Of a stretch of DNA of 64,000 nt, positions 9,719 to 18,781 are shown piece by piece; position 1 is the stretch's first letter, and every line of letters starts with the position of its first letter. The notes under the pieces are model-generated. The model was not told where the DNA came from. It saw only the letters and a program-made list of their open reading frames with translations, and did no database searches. Origin of the DNA: an uncultured bacterium (GTDB lineage Bacteria > Verrucomicrobiota > Kiritimatiellia > CAIVKH01); contig CAIVKH010000238.1 of assembly GCA_903906425.1 (NCBI GenBank), positions 4,444-68,443 on the forward strand. Direction: 5' to 3'. The position numbers and the translations under genes were made by a program.

Positions 9719-11008
9719 ATGAAAACAATTCCGATTCTGATGCCGCAAATGGGCCAGAGCGCCGCCGAGGGAAATATCGTCAAGTGGCGCAAGAAAGTCG
9801 GCGATGTCATCGCGGCCGACGAAATCATCGTCGAGGTCGAGAGCGACAAAATCGGATTTGAAGTTGAATCGCCCGCCGCCGGAAAACTGGTCGCGTGCCT
9901 CAAGGCCGAAGGCGAAATTGCCGCCGTTGGAGAAACCATCGCCCGCATCGAGGTGGAAGCGAAAGCTGGCGCACATGTTCATGCGCCCGCGCCGAAACCC
10001 CACGCAGGCGGCACGCAGGAACAGGTACTCGTCTCGGCCGCGGAATCCGCCGAACTTGATCGCAGCGAACTGCCGGACATCTCCAAGGACTGGCTCTCCC
10101 CCTATGTCGGCCGCATGGCGATGCTCAACAACGTCAGCCTCCAGGAAATCCGCTCCATTCAGGGCAGCGGACGTCAAGGCCGCGTCACCAAGAACGACCT
10201 GCTCGCCTACATCGCGCGCCGGGAGACCGCTGAACCATCGCCGGTGGCCACCAACGGTGCCGCAGCCACCGCCGAACCGCTGCCGCACAATGCCGAGACC
10301 CTCGGCCAGGTTGTCCCCATGACGACCATCCGCCGCACCATCGCCGATCACATGGTTCAATCCATCCACACCAGCGCGCACGTCACGATGGTTCACGCGG
10401 TGGACATGACACACATCGTCGCGCTGCGCGAACGCATCAAGGGGACCTTCGAGAAGAAATTCGGCGCGAAGATGACCTATTCAACCGTCGTCCTCTTCGT
10501 CACCTCCCGCGTGCTGCGCGACTTCCCCAGCATCAACGCCAACGTCTATGGCTCGAATCTTCTTTTTCGCAACGAAATCAACATCGGCTGCGCCGTCGCC
10601 CTGCCCGACGAAAGCCTCGTCGTGCCCGTCGTCCACGAGGCCGACAAAAAATCATTCCCCAAAATTGCGCAGAACCTCGACGCGATCATCAAGCTGGCCC
10701 GCAGCCGCCAGCTCAAGCGCGAGGACGTTGACGGCGGCACCTTCACCATCTCCAACTTCGGCGCCTTCGGCAGCATCATCGGCACGCCGATCATCAACCA
10801 GCCGCAGGTGGCGATCCTCGGCATGGGCGCGGTCTTCAAGGCCCCCGTGGTCATTGACAACCAGATCACCATCCGCGACCAGCTCTACCTGAGCTTCACC
10901 TTCGACCACCGCGTCATTGACGGCGCGATGGGCGGCCGCTTCCTCAACGCCATCCAGAAGGCCACCGAGGCGCTCGACGAAAAAGATCTCGACGTGGCCG
11001 CGCTCTGA
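9719..11008 (+). CDS. Dihydrolipoamide acyltransferase E2
   Basis: Lipoyl domain (VESDKIGFEVESPAAG), E3-binding domain (SPYVGRMAMLNNVSL...GSGRQGRVTKNDL) and catalytic FDHRVIDGA. ATG immediately follows the E1 beta TAA. Confidence 0.9.
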   Translation: MKTIPILMPQMGQSAAEGNIVKWRKKVGDVIAADEIIVEVESDKIGFEVESPAAGKLVACLKAEGEIAAVGETIARIEVEAKAGAHVHAPAPKPHAGGTQEQVLVSAAESAELDRSELPDISKDWLSPYVGRMAMLNNVSLQEIRSIQGSGRQGRVTKNDLLAYIARRETAEPSPVATNGAAATAEPLPHNAETLGQVVPMTTIRRTIADHMVQSIHTSAHVTMVHAVDMTHIVALRERIKGTFEKKFGAKMTYSTVVLFVTSRVLRDFPSINANVYGSNLLFRNEINIGCAVALPDESLVVPVVHEADKKSFPKIAQNLDAIIKLARSRQLKREDVDGGTFTISNFGAFGSIIGTPIINQPQVAILGMGAVFKAPVVIDNQITIRDQLYLSFTFDHRVIDGAMGGRFLNAIQKATEALDEKDLDVAAL

Positions 11009-11025
11009 TTTTCCGCGCCGCATTT

Positions 11026-11072
11026 TTCCAATCATTGGAAAAAACGCCCGCGCAAACTTCCAATGATTGGAA
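11026..11072. repeat. P15 pair, 32-bp phase
   Basis: Perfect copies at 11026-11040 (C) and 11058-11072 (G). Spacer aaaacgcccgcgcaaac. Lies 18 nt after the E2 stop. Confidence 0.95.
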
Positions 11073-11227
11073 AAAATCGCGTGTGGTCCCGGCTTCAGCC
11101 GGTCTGCCTGCGACGCGAAAAGCAATCCTGCGCTTCGCGCTGCGTGCTGCCCCGGACCGCACGCCAATCCCGCCGGCTTTCCGGCCCGTCGCGAAAAGTC
11201 GCATCCGAATCGGATCAACCCCGCCTT

Positions 11228-11310
11228 TAATCAAATCAATCCCCAGCCTAATCAAACCAATCCCCGGCCTAATCAAACCAATTCCCGGCCTAATCAAACC
11301 GACTCCGACC
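11228..11310. repeat. Tandem repeat, about 4 x 21 bp (TAATCAAACCAATCCCCGGCC)
   Basis: Units at 11228-11248, 11249-11269, 11270-11290 and 11291-11310, with 1-5 mismatches. A weaker related unit lies just upstream. Intergenic. Confidence 0.9.
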
Positions 11311-11543
11311 ATCATCAAGCCGCGATTTGCCCGCATCCATGCAACTCCGCCGCCACTCCCGCGCGCCTGCCGCGCATCAAATCAACTCGGCCGCACTCCC
11401 GCAGAAGATCCATTCATTTTCCTGTCCAAACACCCCGGATTCCGAAGTTCAAAGAGTCTGAACCACATGCTTGTCATCTGTGGTTCAAAATCGGAATTCA
11501 GGATGATTGGAAAAGAGCGCGGCCGTAAATTGCGGAGGGAGGT

Positions 11544-12416
11544 TCAGCGTGTCGGCCAGGTGCCGAAGCCGGGGGAGGGGTAGACGCCGATCTGGACGGG
11601 CTTACCGCTCGGTCCGGTGATCCACCACTGGTTGAGATCCGGATTCTGCGGATCGGCGGACGGGTCGATCGGCCGGCATTCGTTGACGCTGCCGCTGATG
11701 GAAACATAGTTGCCGTGGCCGTAGTGCCAGACGCCGATCTTGTCGTTGTTGCCGTGGCCCGGCTCGACGTTGGGTGCGCGGTTGAGCCAGTTGTAGGGGT
11801 CTTCCTCAAGGACCATCAGCGTGGGCTTCGTCTCGGTCGTGGTCGCATTGCGTTTGAGCTGGGCCGTCGTCGGGATGTGGCTGAGGGCTGCGCCGCTGAA
11901 GGCCATGACCATCGCGTAATCGAAATATCCGTTGCTCAGAAAACCTTTCCCGATGTCAGCGTCGGCGCAGGCTTCCTGCCCGATGCAACGATACAGGCGC
12001 TTGGCGATTTTGTTGTCGTTGCCCAGATACGGCATGAGCGTGCCGTAATACAAATTGCCGCTGCGATCCTTCGGCCACGACCCGCCGCCGGGCATGGTTG
12101 AACCCGCATACTTGGTGTCGTCCAGAACTTCCCTTCCCATCCAGCAGCGCTGCCAGTCGAGCGTTCCCATCTCGCCGCCAATCGAGCCGCCGATGGGCAT
12201 CACGCCGTCGTGGTCCGCTGCAAAATTGAAGGTCATGATGCCGATTCCGTGGAGGTGCCCCTTGCACCGCGCATCCAGCGACATGGCGCGAGCGCGCTGG
12301 AGCGCCGGCAGCAGAAGCGAGAGCAAGAGCAGTATCACTGCGACGACCGCCAGCAGTTCGATCAGTGTGAACGCGCACCGCTGAGAACCGCGCAACCCAT
12401 GAAATTGTGTCGTCAT
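11544..12416 (-). CDS. Prepilin-type N-terminal cleavage/methylation domain protein (DUF1559-like pseudopilin)
   Basis: N-terminus ...RCAFTLIELLAVVAVILLLLSLLLPAL. Internal ATG at 12416 overlaps the stop of the upstream small gene (ATGA). C-terminus has HYGHGNYVSISGSV, resembling the H-x9-DG tail. Confidence 0.75.
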   Translation of the reverse strand: MTTQFHGLRGSQRCAFTLIELLAVVAVILLLLSLLLPALQRARAMSLDARCKGHLHGIGIMTFNFAADHDGVMPIGGSIGGEMGTLDWQRCWMGREVLDDTKYAGSTMPGGGSWPKDRSGNLYYGTLMPYLGNDNKIAKRLYRCIGQEACADADIGKGFLSNGYFDYAMVMAFSGAALSHIPTTAQLKRNATTTETKPTLMVLEEDPYNWLNRAPNVEPGHGNNDKIGVWHYGHGNYVSISGSVNECRPIDPSADPQNPDLNQWWITGPSGKPVQIGVYPSPGFGTWPTR

Positions 12417-12724
12417 TTTCGAGCCGCCGGATCCACGCGGATTGAGATTTGCTCCAGTTCGATCTGGCCGCATTTCGGACAGGCCACAAGTTTTACGGCC
12501 ATGTTGGTCGCGTCGAACCGCCACTTGCCGTCGTTGAACAGCCGGTCAATTTCCGCGACCGTCAGATTCGTTTCATAGCCATCCGCGCGACAGCGCCACG
12601 TCACCCTGTTTCGCGCGGCAATCTTCTCCGCAGTCGTGGGACCGAACATCCTGTGCAGTTGGATACCGGCGAACACCAGGCAAGCGACGCCAAGGATCAG
12701 GACTATGAGCTGCCGCGGGTTCAT
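12413..12724 (-). CDS. Hypothetical small membrane-anchored protein with one CxxC
   Basis: N-terminal TM segment (LIVLILGVACLVFAGI) and ACPKCGQ near the C-terminus. 4-nt overlap with the downstream pseudopilin gene suggests an operon. Confidence 0.5.
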   Translation of the reverse strand: MNPRQLIVLILGVACLVFAGIQLHRMFGPTTAEKIAARNRVTWRCRADGYETNLTVAEIDRLFNDGKWRFDATNMAVKLVACPKCGQIELEQISIRVDPAARK

Positions 12725-12914
12725 ATCGAATCAGATGAAAATATGCCTGCCGCCCCTCGCTGTCGAGCGCCCGATGCGATTCGACGCTCAAAGATGAAAG
12801 CGGCTGCACAAAGGAAACTCGCCCAAGTTGCAGGACGCCTCCTCAATTTCTTAACTTGAGCGACGCACCGTGTTCGGCTATCAGTCCACACCCAATCAGG
12901 AAAGCGAGGATTCT

Positions 12915-13676
12915 ATGGACGAGAAGATCAATGTTGATTTCGGCGGCTGGATTCAAAAGGGGTTCGATATTTGGAAAGGAAACGCGCTGACGCTGATTGT
13001 CTCCGGCGTGATTGTGTGGTTCGTCGGCATCATCGCACCAACTGCCGTCATACATCTTATCTTTCGGGGAATGCTGCTTCGACACCCGCACATATATGGA
13101 ATTCTCACGTCATTGATCGGAATTATCCCCAACGTGCTGCTTGCCGGACCGCTGATGTATGCCTTCACGAAAATGGTCCTCGCGCTTCACGACAAGACCG
13201 AGCCCAAGCCGCAAATCGGTGACATTTTCCAGGGTTTTGCCGAATTGAAAACGGCAGGATTGTACTTCCTCATCAGCGGCGTGGTCAGCTTTGTTCTCGT
13301 GATCATCGGGCAGGTAACCTGTGTCGGCACCTTGATTGAGTTCGTCGCCATGATCGCCTTTGTGACCCTGACCATGTTTGGTCTTTATTTTCTTGTGGAT
13401 AAGCAGCTGGCCGTGATTGACGCATATAAGGCGAGCATTGATTTGGTGAAAAGGTCGTTTTTTCCGTTTTTCGGCCTGATGATTGTCTCCGGGCTCATCT
13501 CGATCATCGGTGTCATCGGCTGCATCGTCGGTATCTTCGCCACGCTGCCAATCGGAATGTGCATCATCGCCACCGCCTACCGCGCCGCCACGCGCGGTGA
13601 AACTCCTGCTCCGCCCGCACCACAGACACCAGCAGTTCCGGAACCTCCCGTGGCGCCGCCTCCGGCCGCCGCGTGA
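12915..13676 (+). CDS. Polytopic membrane protein with Pro-rich C-terminal tail (unassigned family)
   Basis: Five or six hydrophobic segments. ATG at 12915 preceded by aggaaagcgagga. Tail ...PAPPAPQTPAVPEPPVAPPPAAA. AT-richer than the neighbouring genes. Confidence 0.6.
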   Translation: MDEKINVDFGGWIQKGFDIWKGNALTLIVSGVIVWFVGIIAPTAVIHLIFRGMLLRHPHIYGILTSLIGIIPNVLLAGPLMYAFTKMVLALHDKTEPKPQIGDIFQGFAELKTAGLYFLISGVVSFVLVIIGQVTCVGTLIEFVAMIAFVTLTMFGLYFLVDKQLAVIDAYKASIDLVKRSFFPFFGLMIVSGLISIIGVIGCIVGIFATLPIGMCIIATAYRAATRGETPAPPAPQTPAVPEPPVAPPPAAA

Positions 13677-13704
13677 TGCAAGGCGCAAGGATGACCTGCG
13701 TGAT

Positions 13705-13751
13705 TTCCAATGATTGGAAATGGCCGGTGCGTCAGTTTCCAATCATTGGAA
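13705..13751. repeat. P15 pair, 32-bp phase
   Basis: Perfect copies at 13705-13719 (G) and 13737-13751 (C). Spacer atggccggtgcgtcagt. Confidence 0.95.
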
Positions 13752-13830
13752 GCCAGAGTGTCCGGCTCTGATTTTTTGAATTGCCGTGATCCGCAATATT
13801 TCAACGGCAACACCGCAGGGGAATGCGTGG

Positions 13831-14259
13831 ATGGTCGTCAAGCGCCCGCAGAATCGCTGGGATTCGGTGGGCGTACATCTTCCGGCCGTGCTGATTTCAG
13901 GCGCGATTCTAATCGCTTCAGCCATTCTTCCGGCAACGGGATTGCCGCTCGCTCCGACCTGCCTTTTCCTACGGCTGACCGGCTATCCATGCCCGTTCTG
14001 CGGCTCAACGCGCACATTCATCGCGATGTGCCACGGTCACTGGCATGACGCGTGGCACCAATCGCCGCTCGCGGCGGTTCTTTTTGTCACAATCGCCGCC
14101 ATTTTCGCTTGGAACGTAGTCGCACTCGCTGCCGGCCTCGTTGTGAAACCGGGAGTCAGGTGGAGGCTAGACAAAAGACAACGCCTCTGGCTGGCCGGCG
14201 TATTTTCCGCCATTTTGGCCGCCAATTGGCTTTATCGGATTATTGCTGGCTTGCGCTGA
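13831..14259 (+). CDS. DUF2752-like membrane protein
   Basis: CLFLRLTGYPCPFCGSTRTF...W motif followed by TM segments. Start could be 13786 or ATG 13831. Confidence 0.6.
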   Translation: MVVKRPQNRWDSVGVHLPAVLISGAILIASAILPATGLPLAPTCLFLRLTGYPCPFCGSTRTFIAMCHGHWHDAWHQSPLAAVLFVTIAAIFAWNVVALAAGLVVKPGVRWRLDKRQRLWLAGVFSAILAANWLYRIIAGLR

Positions 14260-14646
14260 CTAGACGACTTTGACGCCCTTGGCATCAAGATCTGCGCGTA
14301 TCTTGGCTTCTGCGGCCGCCCAGTGGTCTTCGGGGTTTCCAGTGAAGCCATTCTTCTCGGCAATGTAATACGCCGCTTGCTCTACCATGCTGCGCCATTC
14401 CGATTGCGATATTGTTTTGGCGCCAGTTCGTGCCGATACTACGGCACGTGAAGGCGGCGCAACGGGCGCGACAGACCTCACAGGAGCGGGAATGACGGGT
14501 TTTGCTGGGGCGATGGCAACGGGTGCCGGCGTGGCGACTTTGATGGTTTTAATTTCGGCGGCTGGTGCGCTAGAAATCTTCTGCGTGACCGCTTTTGTTC
14601 CGGCCACCGTAGCTTTGCTTGGAGTTGTTTTCTTAGGAGGTGCCAT
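14260..14646 (-). CDS. DUF2934-like small protein
   Basis: C-terminal ...MVEQAAYYIAEKNGFTGNPEDHWAAAEAKI resembles the DUF2934 signature. Ala/Pro-rich N-terminal half. Confidence 0.55.
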   Translation of the reverse strand: MAPPKKTTPSKATVAGTKAVTQKISSAPAAEIKTIKVATPAPVAIAPAKPVIPAPVRSVAPVAPPSRAVVSARTGAKTISQSEWRSMVEQAAYYIAEKNGFTGNPEDHWAAAEAKIRADLDAKGVKVV

Positions 14647-14779
14647 GTTAAGTGTTCCTCAATTTATATGAATATTTCAGGTAAAACACGGGGGCGACGA
14701 TACACTCGCCCCATGTGAATTCAAGTGAGTTTTTTGTTAAGTTTTCGACGAGTCAACCGATTAAATCAGGCTTCTTTGC

Positions 14780-16513
14780 ATGTCATCTCAAATTCAAACC
14801 ATCGAACAATATCTTTCCAACTGGGCACGGAATCGCTTCACGGAAGTCTTCCCTGAAACCGACACTTCGGAGATCGCGCTGGATGTCGTGCCTTCGACCG
14901 ACGACTCCTTTGGCGACTATCAATGCAATGCCGCGATGGCCGCCGCCCGCCTCTTGAAACGCAACCCGCGCGATGTCGCAAAGGCGCTCCTCGCTGACAC
15001 CAGCCTCCCCGACGCTATTGACCGCGCAGAAATCGCCGGGCCGGGATTCATCAACTTCCATCTGAAGAACGACTGGCTCGCCCGGCATCTCGAATCGCTG
15101 CAAAGCGCCGAACAACTCGGCGTGCCCGGAGTCGGCGCCGGAAGAACCGTTGTCATCGACTACTCCAGCCCGAACATCGCAAAACCGATGCATATCGGCC
15201 ACATTCGCTCCACCGTCATCGGCAACGCACTGGACCGTCTTCACCGTTTCCTCGGCTATCGCGTCATCGCCGACAACCACCTCGGCGATTGGGGAACGCA
15301 ATTTGGAATCATGATTCTCGGTTATAGGAACTTCCGCGACGAAACAGCGCTCGCCGCCGATCCCATCGCCGAGCTCGAACGTGTTTATGTGAAAAGTTAC
15401 GAGCAGGCGAAGGCCGACGAAAGCTGGATGACCGCCGCCCGCGCCGAACTTGTGAAGCTCCAACAGGGCGACCCCGAAAACCGCGCGCTGTGGAAGAATT
15501 TCGTTGATCTCAGCATGGGCGAATTCGAACGAATCTACTCCCGCCTCGATGTCAGATTCGACCTTGCACGCGGCGAGAGCTTCTACAACGACAAACTCCC
15601 CGCAGTCCTTGCCGCGCTTCGCGAGAAGGGAATCCTCGAAGAAAGCGAGGGCGCGCAAATCGTCCGACTTGATGACGAAAAACTCCCGCTGTGCATCGTC
15701 CAGAAAAGCGATGGCGCGGCCAACTACGCGACCACCGATCTTGCGACCGTCAAGAGCCGCATCGACGAATTCGCGCCGGAAAAGATCGTGTACGTCACCG
15801 ACGAACGACAACAACTTCACTTCAAACAGTTCTTCATCATCGCCCGTAAACTCGGCTGGCACGCCGATCTCGTCCACGTCTGGTTTGGCCTCATGCGCCT
15901 ACCGGAAGGAACGTTTTCAACGAGGCAGGGCAACGTCATCAAACTCGAACGGCTTCTCGACGAATCCGTCAGTCGCGCGCTCGCGCTGGTAAAGGAAAGT
16001 TCGCCAGAGATGCCGCCCGACCAGCAGCAGGCCGTCGCCGAGGCCGTCGGCATTGGCGCGATCAAATACGCCGATTTGAGCAAAGACCCGCAAAGCCTCA
16101 TCACGTTCACGTGGGAAAAAGCCCTCGCGATGAACGGCAACTCGGCGCCGTATTTGCAATACGCATGCGCCCGCATTGCCAGCGTCCGCGACAAGTATCG
16201 CGAGCAATTCCCCGGCCGCGATCCCGACGAGTTTCCAATCGTTCTCGGCGAAGCGATCGAGCGCAAACTCGCAACTCGCGTTGCGCGTTTTGGCGACATC
16301 GTAATCCGCGCCGCAAAGGCGTACCGGCCGAATGTACTGGCCGATTACCTCTTCGAGCTCGCGCAGATTTACAGCACGTTTTATCAGAACGTGCCGTTCC
16401 TCAAGGCGCCCGAAGGCACGCGCGAAAGCCGCGTTCGCCTCTGCGAAATGGTCGCCGCGACGCTGCGGACCGGCCTGAGCCTCCTCGGCATCCGCACGCC
16501 GGAAAGAATCTGA
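14780..16513 (+). CDS. argS: Arginine--tRNA ligase
   Basis: SSPNIAKPMHIGHIRST (HIGH motif) and class-I architecture with a C-terminal anticodon-binding domain (DALR-like ...YLFELAQIYSTFY). Confidence 0.92.
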   Translation: MSSQIQTIEQYLSNWARNRFTEVFPETDTSEIALDVVPSTDDSFGDYQCNAAMAAARLLKRNPRDVAKALLADTSLPDAIDRAEIAGPGFINFHLKNDWLARHLESLQSAEQLGVPGVGAGRTVVIDYSSPNIAKPMHIGHIRSTVIGNALDRLHRFLGYRVIADNHLGDWGTQFGIMILGYRNFRDETALAADPIAELERVYVKSYEQAKADESWMTAARAELVKLQQGDPENRALWKNFVDLSMGEFERIYSRLDVRFDLARGESFYNDKLPAVLAALREKGILEESEGAQIVRLDDEKLPLCIVQKSDGAANYATTDLATVKSRIDEFAPEKIVYVTDERQQLHFKQFFIIARKLGWHADLVHVWFGLMRLPEGTFSTRQGNVIKLERLLDESVSRALALVKESSPEMPPDQQQAVAEAVGIGAIKYADLSKDPQSLITFTWEKALAMNGNSAPYLQYACARIASVRDKYREQFPGRDPDEFPIVLGEAIERKLATRVARFGDIVIRAAKAYRPNVLADYLFELAQIYSTFYQNVPFLKAPEGTRESRVRLCEMVAATLRTGLSLLGIRTPERI

Positions 16514-16520
16514 TCGAAAC

Positions 16521-17654
16521 TCAGACCAGTTCCGCAAAAATTCCGTCGCTCACGAAGAGCCCGCGCGGTGTGAGACGGAGGCGATCGCCGGAATCGTCAA
16601 TCAATCCTTCGCGTCGCAGCCACGTCAGTTGATCGCGGCAGAGCTCCGCGTAGTCGAAGCCGGTGGCTGCACGAAACTCCTCGCGGCCGACGCCGCGAAT
16701 TTGCCGCAGCGACATCACCAGCGTTTCGCGTGCCTTCGCCTCGGCATCGAGTTTTTCTTCGAACGCACGGGTGCTTTGGCCGGCTTCGAGATTGCGGCAA
16801 TACGCCGCCAGATCACGCACATTTCCCCACCGAACGCCGTTCCAGTGCGAATGCGCCGATGGGCCGAGGCCGATGTATTCGCCGCCGCTCCAATAAAGCA
16901 AATTGTGCCGGCACTCAAAACCGGGCTTCGCGAAGTTCGAGATTTCGTAGTGGCTGAAACCCGCCGCTCCGAGCGCGCCACGGACGATTTCGTACTGGCC
17001 GAGTTCCTCGTCGTCAGAAACTTCCTTCACGATGCCGCGCACCTTCAAATCCGCCAGCGGAGTTCCGTCTTCGAAAATCAGGCAGTAGCACGCGACGTGT
17101 TCGGGACCGAGTTCGACCAGCCGCTGCAAACTTTCTTCAAGCGCGCCGCGGCCCTGGCCCGGCACGCCGTAAATCAAATCGAGGTTGATGTTTTTCATGC
17201 CACAGTCGCGAAGCAATCGGAAGCCCTCCGCCGCATTCTCCGCACTGTGGATTCGGCCGAGAAATTCCAGCGTCTTCGGATCGAACGATTGCACGCCGAG
17301 CGAAACGCGGTTCACGCCGGCACCGAGCATGATTCCGATTTTCTCGCGCGTCAGCGTTCCCGGATTCGACTCGCACGACCATTCCGTCACGCGGCTTAAA
17401 TCAACGCGCCGTTTCAGCAAATCGAAAAGCGCCGCGAAATTGCGATCCGAAAGCTCCGTCGGCGTTCCGCCGCCAATGAAAATTGTTTCCGGCGCGAAAT
17501 CTTCCGGCAGCGATTCCATTTCGCGAGCGAGCGCCGCGATGAACGAACCGCCGTCCGCGTGCGCCGCCGCGCCGGGCCGTTTCGGCAGCGAGTAGAAATC
17601 GCAATACAGGCATTTGCGGACGCAGAACGGAATATGGATGTAAAGCCCGGCCAT
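16521..17654 (-). CDS. hemW: Radical SAM heme chaperone HemW / coproporphyrinogen-III-oxidase-like
   Basis: MAGLYIHIPFCVRKCLYCDF (CxxxCxxC) plus a HemN_C-like C-terminus. Convergent with argS, 7-nt gap. Confidence 0.88.
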   Translation of the reverse strand: MAGLYIHIPFCVRKCLYCDFYSLPKRPGAAAHADGGSFIAALAREMESLPEDFAPETIFIGGGTPTELSDRNFAALFDLLKRRVDLSRVTEWSCESNPGTLTREKIGIMLGAGVNRVSLGVQSFDPKTLEFLGRIHSAENAAEGFRLLRDCGMKNINLDLIYGVPGQGRGALEESLQRLVELGPEHVACYCLIFEDGTPLADLKVRGIVKEVSDDEELGQYEIVRGALGAAGFSHYEISNFAKPGFECRHNLLYWSGGEYIGLGPSAHSHWNGVRWGNVRDLAAYCRNLEAGQSTRAFEEKLDAEAKARETLVMSLRQIRGVGREEFRAATGFDYAELCRDQLTWLRREGLIDDSGDRLRLTPRGLFVSDGIFAELV

Positions 17655-17672
17655 GGAATTTCAGGCCGCAAT

Positions 17673-17719
17673 TTCCAATGATTGGAAGTTGCGGGCGAGC
17701 AAATTTCCAATCATTGGAA
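17673..17719. repeat. P15 pair, 32-bp phase
   Basis: Perfect copies at 17673-17687 (G) and 17705-17719 (C). Spacer gttgcgggcgagcaaat. Lies between the GT9 stop and the hemW start on the minus strand. Confidence 0.95.
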
Positions 17720-17734
17720 GTTCCGGCGCGCCGG

Positions 17735-18781
17735 TCAGGCGGTCAAGTATTTTGCGGCGGCCTCGACGACCTGCGCGACGGAAAGATCCATGATGCAGGC
17801 GAGGTCGTGTCTGCATTCGCCCCACGCGCACTCCGGCGGGCAGACGCGGCCGCGGAGGATCGTCAGATTCGTGTCGCGCACGGGTCGCCAGACGGCCTCC
17901 TTGCTCGGGCCGAAAATCGTGACGATGGGAATGTCGGTCGTCGCGGCGAGATGCGTTGGGCCGCTTTCGTTCGAGATGAGAATCTGCGCGCGGTCGAAAA
18001 GCGCGAGGATATTTTCGAGGTTCTCGATGAGCGGCCGTGCGCGTCCGGCGTGTTTCATCTTTTGAATTATGCCGCGCAAAAATTCCTCTTCGCCTGGAGC
18101 GCCGATGAAGACGGTGTCGAGGTTCCATCGCTGCGCGAGTTCATCGGCGACAGCGGCAAACCGTTCGCCGGGCCACTGGCGGAAGGCATAGCCCGCCCCG
18201 GAATGAATCACGGCGAACCGCGGTGGAATTTTCCCGAACAGCGTTTCGAGGCTGGCGGCAATCTGATCGGTCGCCGCGGCGCTGGCGCGCAGGCGCAGAC
18301 GCCCCGGGCGCTCGCGACCGATCACCCGCATGAAGGGCATGTAGCGATCGGTCTGGTGCAAGATCGGTTCCTGCGGCAGGCGGCGGGAATACATGAAACT
18401 GCGCCGCGATTTCTCCAGGCCGATCCGATGCCGGGCCATCGTCAACGTCGTCAGCGTCACCGACTGGATTCCGCCGCCGACATCAATGACCAGATCGTAG
18501 CGCGGCGGAGCGAGGCGTTTCGCGATGGCGGTAAAATGCGCGGCCTGTTTCCATTTGCTGCCACGGCGATTCTTCTGCTCGTAGGGAATCACGTCGCGCA
18601 GCGACGGCAGGAGCTTTGCCACAGATGCGAAACGCGCATCCACGACAGCATCAACCGGCGCATCGAAATATTCCGCGAGCGACTGCATTGCCGGCAGCGA
18701 CAAAACGAAATCGCCGACGTGATGGTTGGTCATCACGAGCAGGACTCGTCGGGGATTTTTCGGCAGCAGTTCGGTCGTCAT
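17735..18781 (-). CDS. Glycosyltransferase family 9 (LPS heptosyltransferase-like)
   Basis: ...LFDRAQILISNESGPTHLAATTDIPIVTIFGPS...; N-terminus ...HHVGDFVLSLPA. 4-nt overlap with the upstream GT39 gene. Confidence 0.85.
   Translation of the reverse strand: MTTELLPKNPRRVLLVMTNHHVGDFVLSLPAMQSLAEYFDAPVDAVVDARFASVAKLLPSLRDVIPYEQKNRRGSKWKQAAHFTAIAKRLAPPRYDLVIDVGGGIQSVTLTTLTMARHRIGLEKSRRSFMYSRRLPQEPILHQTDRYMPFMRVIGRERPGRLRLRASAAATDQIAASLETLFGKIPPRFAVIHSGAGYAFRQWPGERFAAVADELAQRWNLDTVFIGAPGEEEFLRGIIQKMKHAGRARPLIENLENILALFDRAQILISNESGPTHLAATTDIPIVTIFGPSKEAVWRPVRDTNLTILRGRVCPPECAWGECRHDLACIMDLSVAQVVEAAAKYLTA

Noticed and set aside
11501-11512. Lone half-sites of P15 (gatgattggaa near 11502; ccattggaa near 35415 inside the Wzy-like gene start)
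   Set aside because: Single half-sites of 8-11 nt are too short to distinguish from chance. They are noted only as possible decayed copies.
11035-11583. 182-aa plus-strand ORF spanning the intergenic repeat region (translates the 21-bp repeat as PGLIKPI units)
   Set aside because: It starts inside a P15 pair, has no RBS or family motif, and has a low-complexity Pro/Arg-rich translation. It is more simply explained as non-coding repeat DNA.
13600-13676. PEP in the Pro-rich tail (...AVPEPPVAPPPAAA) as a PEP-CTERM sorting signal for the exosortase-like protein
   Set aside because: No hydrophobic helix or basic cluster follows the PEP. The protein simply ends. The motif is embedded in a generic Pro/Ala-rich tail.
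14684-14706. Hairpin ggggcga...tcgcccc between the DUF2934 gene and argS as a terminator
   Set aside because: It lies in a divergent promoter region, upstream of both genes, so there is nothing to terminate there. The T-run is weak.
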